Below the pieces are notes generated by a model, which worked only from the letters and a program-made list of their open reading frames with translations, was not told the DNA's origin and made no database searches. DNA of 64,000 nt from Dudresnaya verticillata (taxonomy: Eukaryota), in contig OZ374563.1 in assembly GCA_977862235.1 (NCBI GenBank), positions 1,674,001 through 1,738,000 on the forward strand, read 5' to 3'. The translations under genes and the position numbers were made by a program. This document shows, piece after piece, positions 43,216-53,891 of this stretch. Position 1 is the first letter of the stretch; each line of letters begins with the position of its first letter.

Positions 43216-43771
43216 TTGTCAATGAAAGCGTCAGGAGCCTACATCCGTAGTTGGTAGGAACAGATCTATGATCGCTATCGCGGCATTTTGAGAAGCCTTG
43301 TAAAGGGCGGTGGTCACACTGCGCATGGCTGATGTCATTACTACGACAAGGGCGCAAGTTCTTAAAGCGGGGGAAGTTTTGAAGTGTACAGCCACATTGC
43401 CTACTAGGTCTACAAGACCCGACTACAATGACAGTCTATCTCCTGCCTTGTGTCTCCTGGTTTCTGCGTGTCGGAAAATCTCAATCGGGTACGGGTACTG
43501 CCCAGCAAAGAACCTGCGCCGATTGCTATGAAGATGCTACCAAATGCCGAGCAATTAGACTGGCGCCTAGCTCTCAAATGATGACGAACGCATAATCCTG
43601 CTGACTGCCCAGCAGAACGCCTAACACAAAAAGCCGCATACGGCCTGGGACCGTCCCAAGGATGCACGACTTTTTGCATAATGTGACTTTGTCCCGCAAG
43701 TCTGGAAACAATCCTTATCAACGCTTCCGCTCCGACCCACCAAGGTGGCAAACAGTCAGTCAATGGAGTTG

Positions 43772-46135
43772 CTACAACTTACGTACTTCTTCCCGTGCAA
43801 CTTGCAGCAACTCATTGATGAACAGGGGCAGATTTTCCTCCGGGTGCAGTACATCGATAACCCCTGGCTTCTTCATTGCAAAAAAGGAGGGGTCATCGTG
43901 CACCACAATCAGCCTTGGGCTTAGGGATGGTGGTCTTTGCTCAGCTAGATGCTTTGCGCGCTGCACCCATATCTGTTCGTACGCTCTACCAACCTCAAAA
44001 GCCATAACCGTCCCAAGCCGCGACAACTGCCGGTCCGTTAATGGCAGTTTGGTCACATTGAAGGGTGGTCCGCCATCTGCGCCGAGCAGTGCTGGATTGT
44101 ACTGTCCCATATGCATGTGCAATGAGAGCTGCACAAATAACGGAGTCTTTGTCAGATCGATAAGTGCGGCTCTTACCTTTTCGTTCGCGAAATCGCAGAA
44201 CACCTGCACATGCAGACGGACAGGTAGATCACAAACTATAGTGCGTGCTCGCTTTCTGGGTGGAACATAACTGTTAACCGCCCCTGATGGACCTGGGATC
44301 TTTGGGTCCGAACCCTGAGCTGGCATCTGCGGGCTTGTCCTCCTGAGCGCGTTCACTTGCGAAGCTGCGGGACTGGCTGCTGTTTCTGCTGGCGTCCTGC
44401 TCGGGCCGTTCATTTGCGAAGATGTAGATCTGCTCACTGCTTCCGCAGCCATCTTGCTTGGAGAGTTTTCTTGCGAAGATGAAGGCTTCGTCATCCCTCC
44501 TGGCGGAAGAGGTTGAGCTTTTTGCGGAATGCCCTTCGCACCAACAGACCGCGCGTTCGCGGTACTTGCCACGCCAGGCATCTCTTCAGCCGCGCCGGTC
44601 TTGCCAGCGAGCAGCTCCTTCACAGCCTGCTCTTCCATCGGTCTATTGAGCTGAACGGCCTTCCCACCAGTCACGCCAGTCACAGGTGTGGACACGCGGG
44701 GAGCAACGGCCGCAAGGACAGCAGTAGCAGGCACCCCCGAGGACGAGCCCGTCGCAGCAATAGAAGTATTCATGAGAGTCGCAGCCATCTGCGCTCCACT
44801 GTGCGCAGCGGACATCTCCCGACTCGAAGAGGTCGCCTGCCGCGAGACAGGCCGAGAAACAAGCCCTGTAACTGCCTTCGACGGCGGTGCGACCGGGCGC
44901 GAAAGAGGAACCGTTACTGGCTTCGATGGTGAATGATGTCCAGCAGGCAGTACGCGAACGCCCGGCAGCTGTGACACAGGGAGCGGTGGCGGCTTCCTCA
45001 AAGGCAGATCGCGCGACACCAGAGCAGCAACCTGCTTCTTCCGTGGCACACGGATCTCGGCCACGGAGGGTTGCTCGGCGGGAGCATTGGATAGCGACGG
45101 TGACGAGGGCCCAGCCGTTGTGCGTGTGCCATTTACCACAGGCGGTGCCCCGGCGTTGCTCGCTTGCAAGCCGCCTGGGCGTGCCGGCAATGCAATAGCA
45201 GGATTCGTCCCTGGGGCAGCATCAGTCTTGGCATGCACCGACGACACGCCTACAACGGCCGTAGTTTCCACGCGCAATGGGGCAGCTCTAGCAGGTGCAG
45301 CCGTGGTGGTGGTCCCATTCGGCTCAGAATCAGTCCCTGGTGAAACTTCGGCCAGCCGCGGCGGTGCCTGCGGTTTGCCAGAGGGCAATGCTATAGTATT
45401 CGGGCTGGGGATGCCATCCTCCAATGCCGGAATGGGGCCAGGCGGGCCGGGCCTCGTTTCCACGGCGGTGACCCCAGGAGCCATGTTGGATTCCTCGACA
45501 GCTCCCTCCTCCACAACATGCTGCGCGACTTCCTCGAGCTCGGGATCAGGCTCTCTATCAACATAAAACAGAGGCGGCGTATCGGGCTGCAACGGGGCGG
45601 GGGGCGGCTGCCTCTGTGTGGGTAATCTCGGCGTGGCTTCTTCCGATAGCAGGAGCTCACCTTCTTCGATATCGTCCTCACTTCTCACGGCGGGGAACGT
45701 GACACCTGCCTGAGAAGCGAGAAGAGCAAGCATGCGATGCGCAGCATGACGCCTGGACGCCAGCTTGGACCTGCCGACGCCGTCAACTTTATATCCCAGC
45801 GGGACGAGCTCAAGATTGGTGCGGAACAGCGGGCAGTGGTCCTCCCCGCCCGAGCGACGGGTGGTGTGGATGGGTCGCGCGTGCATGGTGCGCGCGACGA
45901 AGTTGAGCTGGTCGCAGGAGTTGGTGACGGGCGCCGTCGGGGGCGGGGGGCCGGGTGGCAACGGCGGCGGCGGAGGCGGCGGAGGCGGCGGAGGCGGCGC
46001 CAGCAGCGGCGGCTGCGCCGAGAACGGGCGGAACGGGGCACCCGGCGGCCCCGGCGGCTTCGACAAGGCGGGCGGCGGCAGCCCGCCTCGCCCTGACGCG
46101 CCCGGCGGGAGGCGACGCGGGTCTGGCCGGTCCAT
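43772..46135 (-). CDS. dsRNA-binding-motif (DSRM) protein with Pro-rich linker and a C-terminal globular domain
   Basis: NSCDQLNFVAR...P.HT..RSGGEDHCPLFRTNLEL....VDGVGRSKLASRRHAAHRMLALL is a DSRM pattern. The ATG at 46135 (GCCATGG) is the likely start. Confidence 0.75.
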   Translation of the reverse strand: MDRPDPRRLPPGASGRGGLPPPALSKPPGPPGAPFRPFSAQPPLLAPPPPPPPPPPPPLPPGPPPPTAPVTNSCDQLNFVARTMHARPIHTTRRSGGEDHCPLFRTNLELVPLGYKVDGVGRSKLASRRHAAHRMLALLASQAGVTFPAVRSEDDIEEGELLLSEEATPRLPTQRQPPPAPLQPDTPPLFYVDREPDPELEEVAQHVVEEGAVEESNMAPGVTAVETRPGPPGPIPALEDGIPSPNTIALPSGKPQAPPRLAEVSPGTDSEPNGTTTTAAPARAAPLRVETTAVVGVSSVHAKTDAAPGTNPAIALPARPGGLQASNAGAPPVVNGTRTTAGPSSPSLSNAPAEQPSVAEIRVPRKKQVAALVSRDLPLRKPPPLPVSQLPGVRVLPAGHHSPSKPVTVPLSRPVAPPSKAVTGLVSRPVSRQATSSSREMSAAHSGAQMAATLMNTSIAATGSSSGVPATAVLAAVAPRVSTPVTGVTGGKAVQLNRPMEEQAVKELLAGKTGAAEEMPGVASTANARSVGAKGIPQKAQPLPPGGMTKPSSSQENSPSKMAAEAVSRSTSSQMNGPSRTPAETAASPAASQVNALRRTSPQMPAQGSDPKIPGPSGAVNSYVPPRKRARTIVCDLPVRLHVQVFCDFANEKVRAALIDLTKTPLFVQLSLHMHMGQYNPALLGADGGPPFNVTKLPLTDRQLSRLGTVMAFEVGRAYEQIWVQRAKHLAEQRPPSLSPRLIVVHDDPSFFAMKKPGVIDVLHPEENLPLFINELLQVAREEVRKL

Positions 46136-46450
46136 GGCGACGGCGGGAGGGTGCGGCACGTGGAGGGGCGGGGGGAGAGGGCGGGAGAGGAGGTGTCGCG
46201 GCGGTATGACTGAGAATGGGCGGAGGTTGCGACTCGCCAGTCTCGCGGGCTATTGCAGTAAGGGAGGGCTGTAAGGAGGGCACTGGCGGAATCCGCGACA
46301 AGCTCTCAGCGCATTTGCGCGAGAGCGGTTTCTCATCAGAACGGTCCGCTACTGCTGCGGCGCCTACCTTCCTATTTCCTAATTCTCTCTGTAACTGTTA
46401 GTTCAAGCTGCTACCCCATATGCTGCCTTCAGTACACCCTCCGCTGCTCT

Positions 46451-47347
46451 TCACAACACCTCGAAATCGAACCTTGACCCTGGTGCGCTCATCCCACCGT
46501 CACCGTCTGCTACCCCGCTGCGCTCCCGCACCACCACACCGCCAATGTACACCCTGACTGTCCAGCCAGTGCGTCCCTCGCGGCAGTTGTCAAACTGGCT
46601 GACGCGCACCTTGTACCGGCCCTTCTCCAGCGGCCCAACCCTCCCAAACACGGCTGCCTCCCGCCCGCCCACGGACGTATCACTACACGCGCCTGCGTTA
46701 CCATCTCCGAGTAGCTCTCCGCTTGCGGTCAGCGGGGCCATGTAGTACACCTCTTCTCCTCCGGGGGCCGTGACATGCAGGTCGAGATCGTCCTTCGAGT
46801 CCCACGTCAGCTCCACACCGACTGCGGGAACATACGCCTCGAAGGCAACGCAATCCCTTCTGACCGGCCCCCCATCGACATGCTTGACATGTCCGCGGTC
46901 GGAATAGCTGTACCTGCTCATCGGCAGCACATAGCACCCGCCGTCAACCGCCTTGAGCTGCGCAGGCGAGGCGGCCTGTCGCGCAATGCTGACGCCACGG
47001 CCAGTTGAAAGGCGCACGGTCTTGAAGAAGGTCGGCGGCAGGGCGTCGCGCGAGATCGGGCTGGGCGAGGTGCCGTCCATGCGCACGGCCTCGCTGCTTT
47101 CGGCGTTGAGCAGGCGGCGGCCGGCGCGGCACAGCGGCGGCGCGTGCGCCACGTCGGCCGCGAACAGCGGCAGCGACGTGGACCCGTCACAGAACGTCAG
47201 GCGGCACGCCGCGGCGCACGGGTCCGGCGCCAGGTTGGGCGACAGCGCGCGCAGCTGCGGCGCGCGCGGCTTGGCGCTGCGCGCGGCGCGCAGCAGCGAC
47301 ATCAGCAGCAGGGCGGACAGCGGGTGCAGAGGGTGCGCGCGCGGCAT
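46451..47347 (-). CDS. Secreted protein with C-terminal YfaP/DUF2135-like domain (paralogue of 16393-17229)
   Basis: 298 aa from MPRAHPLHPLSALLLMSLLRAARS; VGVELTWDSKDDLDLHVTAPGGEEVYY...REAAVF...KGRYKVRV; shares the C...C...FC, PPLCR, EAV, C..LP..RY and RDCVAF pattern with its paralogue. Confidence 0.75.
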   Translation of the reverse strand: MPRAHPLHPLSALLLMSLLRAARSAKPRAPQLRALSPNLAPDPCAAACRLTFCDGSTSLPLFAADVAHAPPLCRAGRRLLNAESSEAVRMDGTSPSPISRDALPPTFFKTVRLSTGRGVSIARQAASPAQLKAVDGGCYVLPMSRYSYSDRGHVKHVDGGPVRRDCVAFEAYVPAVGVELTWDSKDDLDLHVTAPGGEEVYYMAPLTASGELLGDGNAGACSDTSVGGREAAVFGRVGPLEKGRYKVRVSQFDNCREGRTGWTVRVYIGGVVVRERSGVADGDGGMSAPGSRFDFEVL

Positions 47348-48703
47348 GGCGGAGGGCGGGGCGAGGGCGACGGTGATTGCGCGGCGTGGCGATGGCGGGG
47401 GGGCGCGGGGCGCGGGGCGGTGGGGGGGAATGGTGACATAAGTAGGGGGAAACGGCTGGGAGCGGCGATGTGTGATCTCTCGTGGGGTGAGACTGTGACT
47501 CTGAGAGTGGTGGCGGGATGCGGCAGCGGCAGGAGGGATGGCGTGCTGCAGCGATAGATGCGGCTCCAACGTAACCGCAAATTGCGCGGGCAGTCTCGAG
47601 TGATATTGCGGAAAGTTGTGCGGTTCTTATGACTTCGCTAATGTGATGAACGTTACGAAGCGCTGTTGCGGCTCCCGTCGGGTGCGTATGTGATCACAGT
47701 ACGGTAGACGCACTGCTACCTGTACGTCATGTACCTTTGAAGGTATAACACTATTATACTGCACAGGGCAGCTACAGCGGCTTCGCAGTCGCGTCTCCCA
47801 ATATCTACGCGATGACACGCACAGCACTCCCACCTTCCTCCTTGCAACCGCCAGTCTTGCTCCTCGCTACTTGTTGTTTGCGTTATCCAAAGAATAACAA
47901 GAAAAAAGCAAGTGGGACTAGACTACACTAGAATCAAGTGGGCCAAGTGCAAGTTGCCGAGACCGGTTTGCTTGTTGTAGTCCCCCCAGCTGTAGAGTGT
48001 GCATCAGTTCCAACCGAATATCAAACAGACCTTGACCCTTGCAAGGTATAGCAAAAAGTCGGATACGAAAATGTCGCCATTCTCGAAAACGCTCCGCGTG
48101 ATTCGCACTTCCTCCATGTCCATCATTTCGAACACATTATTATGCAAACACTTGTTGTACTATCCAGGCATGTCCCAATGGCAGCAAACAAAGTCGCACT
48201 ATCATTCCATCCCGGCCTCAGTAACACTTTGGCCTTGTGGTACCACCTTATTAACACCATCGAAAAAACTTCAGACGGGAACGAATGTATTGGGCCCATC
48301 ACTAGCAAACTGGCTTTGGGGCCTTTACATATTTGCAGCCCCAGCTCAGCAAGCCTTTCGCACCTCTTCATCATTTCAGCCCACTTCCGTAGAGATTAGA
48401 GTATGTAATTCCCAGAAAACTCGGGGCAAGAATGTGGACTCCATATCGCAGGTTAACGAGACTTCGCCAGAGTCTATCATTTTCATACCTTCTGTAGGGC
48501 ACAGCACTATTTTTCGCCCATTGCTTGCATCGCTTCTGATTTTCAATGAGTTCCGTAGCAAACTTCTTCTTAAGAAGGCAGGAAAAGAAGGGGGGGAAAT
48601 TAAACTCTCCGAAGATGTCGAATCCAACGCGTTCAGGAGCAGATACATAACCTGATTTCAGAGCCATTGTGGGGACCGCGTTACATTACTGGCGACGTCT
48701 GAA

Positions 48704-49822
48704 ATGGTTTTCATCCCAGTCCGTTCTTCCTTGGTTGGTTATTTTATCGAGGGTGTTTCGATATTCACCGAGCTGGCTCTCCTCAAGGGATTACTCAACT
48801 TGCGAGCCTATTTCGAGTGCAAGGAGTTAGAGAAAGGGAAAGGTATTAGAATTAAAGCGCATCTGACTCGCGTCCGCGTCATCCAGATATCTGCTGTGGT
48901 GCTATTTATTGCCGCAGAAGGTTTGGTATCTGCTTTTAATCAACCCGGGAAAGAAAAAATCCCGAGAACAGACCGTTGCATAAAAACGTCCTTTGGAATT
49001 TCTAAGAAGGATGAAACTCCACTGTCAGAAATTGTCTCCTATGGGTGCCTTACTGTTGAGAAAAACATCATTTCTTTCAAGACGGGCAACTTTAGCTTGG
49101 AAAATGGTCAAGCTACTTGCAGCAATGAGACAGCGTTCAGTTTCAAACTCGGCGAAGTAGTGAAAATTTCGAAAAGAGATGCTGGAGATGTTGAAGAAAA
49201 GTGCGGCGATGAATCCTGTTCTCTGGTGGCTTGGAAAGATGGGCGATTGCTGTATTCTGGTGAGTACCCGAAGGATTTGATAAATGACAAACCTATAGAA
49301 TTTTATCCCACAAATGTTACAAAAGATATTAGTAACGACCTTCCTCGCTACGCCGAGAAGGCTCACAAACTGAATGCAGTTCCTGTGACTGACACTGTTG
49401 TTTTTAGAAGGAGGTTGCTGATCGGATGGGAGGAAGGTGAATGTCCGTTCGAGAGCGACAAGCGTGATGGCACAGACCTTCCCTTAGCAATCATCATAAT
49501 CACTGGTGCAATATGGACATTGACTATCGCCTTTTTCTTGGGAACACTGCCGTTGAAGCGCAATATCTTCTTTGACTTAAATGATAGGAAGAAAGTTCTG
49601 ACCAACACAATTATTAATGGAGACATGAGTAGGGGCTCGCCCGACGATGGAATCATCCGTTTGCAGGGCAGCACGTCCGGTACAAGAAGAGTTACCATTA
49701 CTACCGTAAATCAACGTCCAACAAGTCGTTCCAACCGTACTAGTCTGGGTGGCAGTTCGGTTGATACAAAGGACCAAGAGGGAACCGCTTCTCTGCCTGA
49801 CACGATAGACACGATGGCCTAA
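48704..49822 (+). CDS. Multi-pass membrane protein with Cys-containing loop, paralogue A (372 aa)
   Basis: Intact AT-rich ORF with 2-3 hydrophobic helices flanking a loop of about 180 aa with 6 Cys; frame conserved in the diverged paralogue at 55836. Confidence 0.75.
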   Translation: MVFIPVRSSLVGYFIEGVSIFTELALLKGLLNLRAYFECKELEKGKGIRIKAHLTRVRVIQISAVVLFIAAEGLVSAFNQPGKEKIPRTDRCIKTSFGISKKDETPLSEIVSYGCLTVEKNIISFKTGNFSLENGQATCSNETAFSFKLGEVVKISKRDAGDVEEKCGDESCSLVAWKDGRLLYSGEYPKDLINDKPIEFYPTNVTKDISNDLPRYAEKAHKLNAVPVTDTVVFRRRLLIGWEEGECPFESDKRDGTDLPLAIIIITGAIWTLTIAFFLGTLPLKRNIFFDLNDRKKVLTNTIINGDMSRGSPDDGIIRLQGSTSGTRRVTITTVNQRPTSRSNRTSLGGSSVDTKDQEGTASLPDTIDTMA

Positions 49823-51043
49823 GGGTGAGGAACGACCTCCATTTATGTCTCTTCTTCGCTCGAAGTCGTTCCTGGGCATGAAGTCGATTGAAATACAGGG
49901 CGTGTGCTACGCCCTTCTTTCGTCTTGCTTATGGAGCTCCGCAGCTGTCATCCAGCACATTGTGCAACCTATTTATCACGGACTAGTTGTATGACGGATT
50001 TCCACGTTCTGGGAGAGAGCCACGACGTGCTGCTACACCTTGCTATTCCATGGCCTTTTCTACATCAAAATCGGTACACTTCTGGGTGCCGTTCATTGCA
50101 ACCTTTTATTTAATGTAGTCGTTGATATGCTGCAGCTGAGGTCACTTTCCGGATCTCATTTCTTCTGCACTAACCTATAAATACGTGTTCGGCATTCTAT
50201 TCACAGCTTCCAGCAATCACTCCCAGAGGCAATAACAATAAGCGATGATTTCGATAGAATGAATAGGCAGAGCCTTAGAAGAGCATTTGAATCTACGAGG
50301 AAAATCCTCAATAGCACAAATCTTGCGCAGCGCAACTGGTTATCAGCGGCAACTTTCTGCTTAGCTACATGCTGATACCACCTCTCCTTGGAGGGCTCCC
50401 AAGTAGCACAGCGCCTCCTCCGTGGTACCACTGGGGGAGCAGCAGGCACGTGATCGACAATAGAAGCGTGTTTGTTACATGGAGCTGGCGTCAGCCTGCA
50501 TAGAAAACTTACTCTTCTCTTTCCGTGCAGTGACCTCTCATGTGGTCCACTCCGGTAGGACGAGCGTATGAAGCTCTTTCTCAGGAGAACACTAAAGTGC
50601 AGCGCAGGTGGCAAAAAGACTGTTGGCATCTTGTGGGCTGTGTTGTTCATCGTGTCGCGGGCGCAAAAAGGACAGGAGTCCAATCCAAGAGTCTGACCGA
50701 CGTTTGTCCAGGGACGCCACACCTGCGCACGCCCTGCTTTCGCTCTCACCATGAATGTCGCGAGATGCAAAAGTGTGTTCGTATGCTCCCAGGAGGCACG
50801 TGCTGCGCACATTTTATTGGATGCTGCCCGTTTTGCTTTGAGATGGGCCCTCACCAAGCCATTTACGGCAATTTCACCTCCCACATCACAATTCCGTGAT
50901 GTGCGCTGTCCAAGTCGAAGACCAAGTCACACCTTCCACACGAAACGCCGGGGGCACAAGACGGACGCCGTCGGTGAACCCGCTCGTCGCGGGCAACGGC
51001 GCAGCACAGCGCAACCCCAGCCCGACCTCGGCGCCTCTCCGCG

Positions 51044-52111
51044 ATGCAATTCTCTCGGGCAGTATCCGCGCTACCGCGGCGAACCTTTGCGCAGCACCAC
51101 GTGCGCCGGCTACAGGGCACGCCGCCGCGGGGCACGCCGCGGAAGACGATGCGCACGCTGCGCCACAAGTACGAGCGAGGCGGGTCGCTGACCATGCTGA
51201 CTGCGTACGACTACCCCTCCGCGCTGCACGCGGACCGCGCGGGCGTGGACGCCGTGCTGGTCGGCGACTCGCTGGGCATGGTCGTGCTGGGCTCGCGCAC
51301 CACGCAGGCAGTCACGCTGGACGATATGGTACACCACGCGCGCGCTGCGCGTCGCGGAGTGCACGACGCTTTGCTCGTGGCTGACCTACCGTTCGGTACG
51401 TACGAGACGAGCACGTCGCAGGCAGTTTCGTCCGCAGTGCGACTGGTCAAGGAAGCCGGCGTGGACGCCGTTAAGCTGGAGGGCGGCCGCGATCGGCAGC
51501 ACATCCTGTCTGCTGTGGTTGACGCCGGTGTCGCCGTCATGGGCCATGTCGGGTTGCAGCCGCAGGCTGTGAGCAGGCTAGGGGGCTTTCGCGCTGTTGG
51601 TAAGAGCTGTGGAGAAGCCTGGCGCGTACTGGACGACGCTCGTGCTGTGGAGGCTGCAGGCGCATTCGCGTTCGTCATCGAGTGTGTACCGGAGCGCCTC
51701 GCGGGTGTTGTTCGCCGCGCCGTGGACATTCCAACGGTGGGCATTGGTAGTGGTGTGGAATGTGACGGGCAGGTGTTGGTGTATCATGATATGCTTGGGA
51801 TTCTGTCGCACCCGCACCATGCCAAGGTAGCACCCAAGTTTTCCAAGCTGTTTGCCGAGCTTGGCCCCCTTATCGACGAGGCCATTAGAGAGTACTGCCG
51901 TCAGGTCGAACAGGGCGAATTTCCAAGTGAGAGGTATTCGCCATACTCCATTCCGGATAAAGAGTTTGATGACTTTCTGCGACAAGCCGGGGATCTGGAG
52001 GTGCGCAAGCGTGCCATCGAGGCTCGCGAGGAACGCCAGCAGCCACTGAAAGACGCTGGATCTCCTCGCGACGCCAGTCCACAAAGCACACAAGGTATTT
52101 CCGTATACTGA
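51044..52111 (+). CDS. panB: 3-methyl-2-oxobutanoate hydroxymethyltransferase (ketopantoate hydroxymethyltransferase), mitochondrial-type presequence
   Basis: LTMLTAYDY, VLVGDSLGMVVLG, VTLDDMVHH, VADLPFGTY, AVKLEGG, VMGHVGL.PQ, PTVGIGSG..CDGQVLVYHDMLG, PKF. Confidence 0.97.
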   Translation: MQFSRAVSALPRRTFAQHHVRRLQGTPPRGTPRKTMRTLRHKYERGGSLTMLTAYDYPSALHADRAGVDAVLVGDSLGMVVLGSRTTQAVTLDDMVHHARAARRGVHDALLVADLPFGTYETSTSQAVSSAVRLVKEAGVDAVKLEGGRDRQHILSAVVDAGVAVMGHVGLQPQAVSRLGGFRAVGKSCGEAWRVLDDARAVEAAGAFAFVIECVPERLAGVVRRAVDIPTVGIGSGVECDGQVLVYHDMLGILSHPHHAKVAPKFSKLFAELGPLIDEAIREYCRQVEQGEFPSERYSPYSIPDKEFDDFLRQAGDLEVRKRAIEAREERQQPLKDAGSPRDASPQSTQGISVY

Positions 52112-52162
52112 GTAGCTTGGAATCGGCACATGACAGTCGGTGATGAGGTTAAAACATCTGTG

Positions 52163-52940
52163 TTAAGGTCGTTCCCCTACGCCCCCACACATGTCATACA
52201 CAGCCTGTGCTATTTGCAGGGCAATCTCATCTGCCTTGCCACCACTCCCGACAGGCGCCTCGGCGTACACTCGAACAATATCTTCTGTACCACTCGGCCG
52301 TACGAAAGCCCGACAGCCCTCTCCGGTAGAAATCTTCATGACAGCGTCGCGAAGTGCCCGCGGCTCCCTGACGAGACGGTCGCAGTCCTCCGTAGCGATC
52401 ACACTCTTATCAGCAATACGCACCACGAGATTGCTACTGCATCTCTCGTCGTACAGCATAAGGCAATCCGCGAACGACATCCCTTCACTCGCGAGAATGC
52501 CCAGCACGAGCAGCAAGTCGGCCACGCCGTCGCCCACAGCCTGGTTGGCCAGCTCACTCATCGCAAGCAGCAGGGACAGACTGAGTTTTTGCTCCGATTC
52601 GGCCGGCTCACCCCCCAGGCGATCCATCGCCGCGGACAGGGCCGCGACGGCGTTGTCGCCGAACAAAATTGTGCCGTGTCCATTCGGTTCCCAATAAATA
52701 CCTATATCAAACGTCCGCACGGCACGCTCCAGATGCTTGACGCCTGTCTTCGCGATGACGACCTCCACGCCGGCGAGGGCGGACAAAAATTCTGTGGCAG
52801 CGCCGTTTGAGTACGCCGTCTGTGCAACAGCAACGGTGAGTCCAGATACGGCGGCCTGCGTGAGATGTCTGGCCACAAACGACGAGACAAGCGCGGCAAA
52901 GCGGTCGCCGTCGGCCAACACGACATCCTGCCCCTTCGGG
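52163..52940 (-). pseudogene. PGM3: 5'-truncated phosphoacetylglucosamine mutase (PGM3/AGM1), C-terminal half only
   Basis: LADGDR, QTAYSNG, KTGVKHL, FDIGIYWEPNGHGTILF, NQAVGDGVADLL and RAFVRPSGTEDIVRVYAEA are present. The N-terminal TASHN active site and DGDADR metal loop are not found upstream. Confidence 0.8.
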
Positions 52941-53739
52941 CGTGTAGACAGTTCTATTGTCTGCCGTGGTTGAGAGGTACCTTCAAGGTAGGCACGAAGT
53001 CGATAATAACATAGAAGCGTGCTTACGCGGAGATACAGTTGTAGCGTCTGCAGGAGTTGAGAGGTAGAAAGTGCGGAAAGGAGTGGGATCATCTGCTGCA
53101 ACTCCAGAGCGAAAGGCGCAACCTGGGTAGAGATGATGCGTGCACCGGGGGGCCAGTCGCGCAGCTAATTGAAGGCAATTTCACACCATTCACGAAGTCT
53201 TTTTTTGAAGTCATGGGTGCCGACCAGCAATGAATGTGCGCACGTAGGACGTCATTTTGATGAACGCGCTTCAGATGAAGTGTTCCAATTGTTCACACCT
53301 CCTCATGAAAAGGTAGACAAGGTGAAACTGAAAAGTTCCACCCTTCTGTTTCCAAATCACGTGCGTCTCCGTCATTGTTTCCAGCAAACTTGCTGCAGAT
53401 CAGGCAGGAGTTTTCCTCCACATCAACTCGTTCGAGACAGGTCCTCTCCATCTCCTCGTCCCCGAGCTGTACTGTTGCTCCACACCTCCAAGTCGCGAAG
53501 CAAGACTCTTGCAGCATTCCATACCCGCAATTCTGCAAGACAACGGCGATGTCGCTGTCCCAATTGCCAAATTAACGTCCATCTGCAGGAAAAATGGTAA
53601 GACAACAAGAGCATGTAAGGTGAGCTGTCACCGTTGGCAAGTCCTGCCAACTTGAAGGGAGAACCCAGTTTATACGTCAGCAGGCCATGAGGCCTTCGGT
53701 TCCGGATGTTCATTCCATGAAGGCTGAGCACCTGCACAC

Positions 53740-53746
53740 TATATAA
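53740..53746 (+). promoter_or_regulatory. TATA box upstream of the 281-aa ORF
   Basis: TATATAA about 150 nt before ATG 53892, followed by a pyrimidine-rich leader. Confidence 0.5.
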
Positions 53747-53891
53747 CGATTGAATTCAGACTTCGCTCCCCCGCCTTGCTTTCCTGCGCCTGCTATCCTC
53801 AGCACCTGGTTCTAACTCACGCCCGCCCTTTGCACCATTCCATCTCGAATCTGAGCTGCTCAGCCCTAACATCAATCCTCTTCCAACTACC

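Noticed and set aside
52941..53101. N-terminal 50 aa of the 312-aa PGM3 ORF
   Set aside because: Non-ATG start, no PGM3 similarity and different composition; read-through into unrelated DNA.
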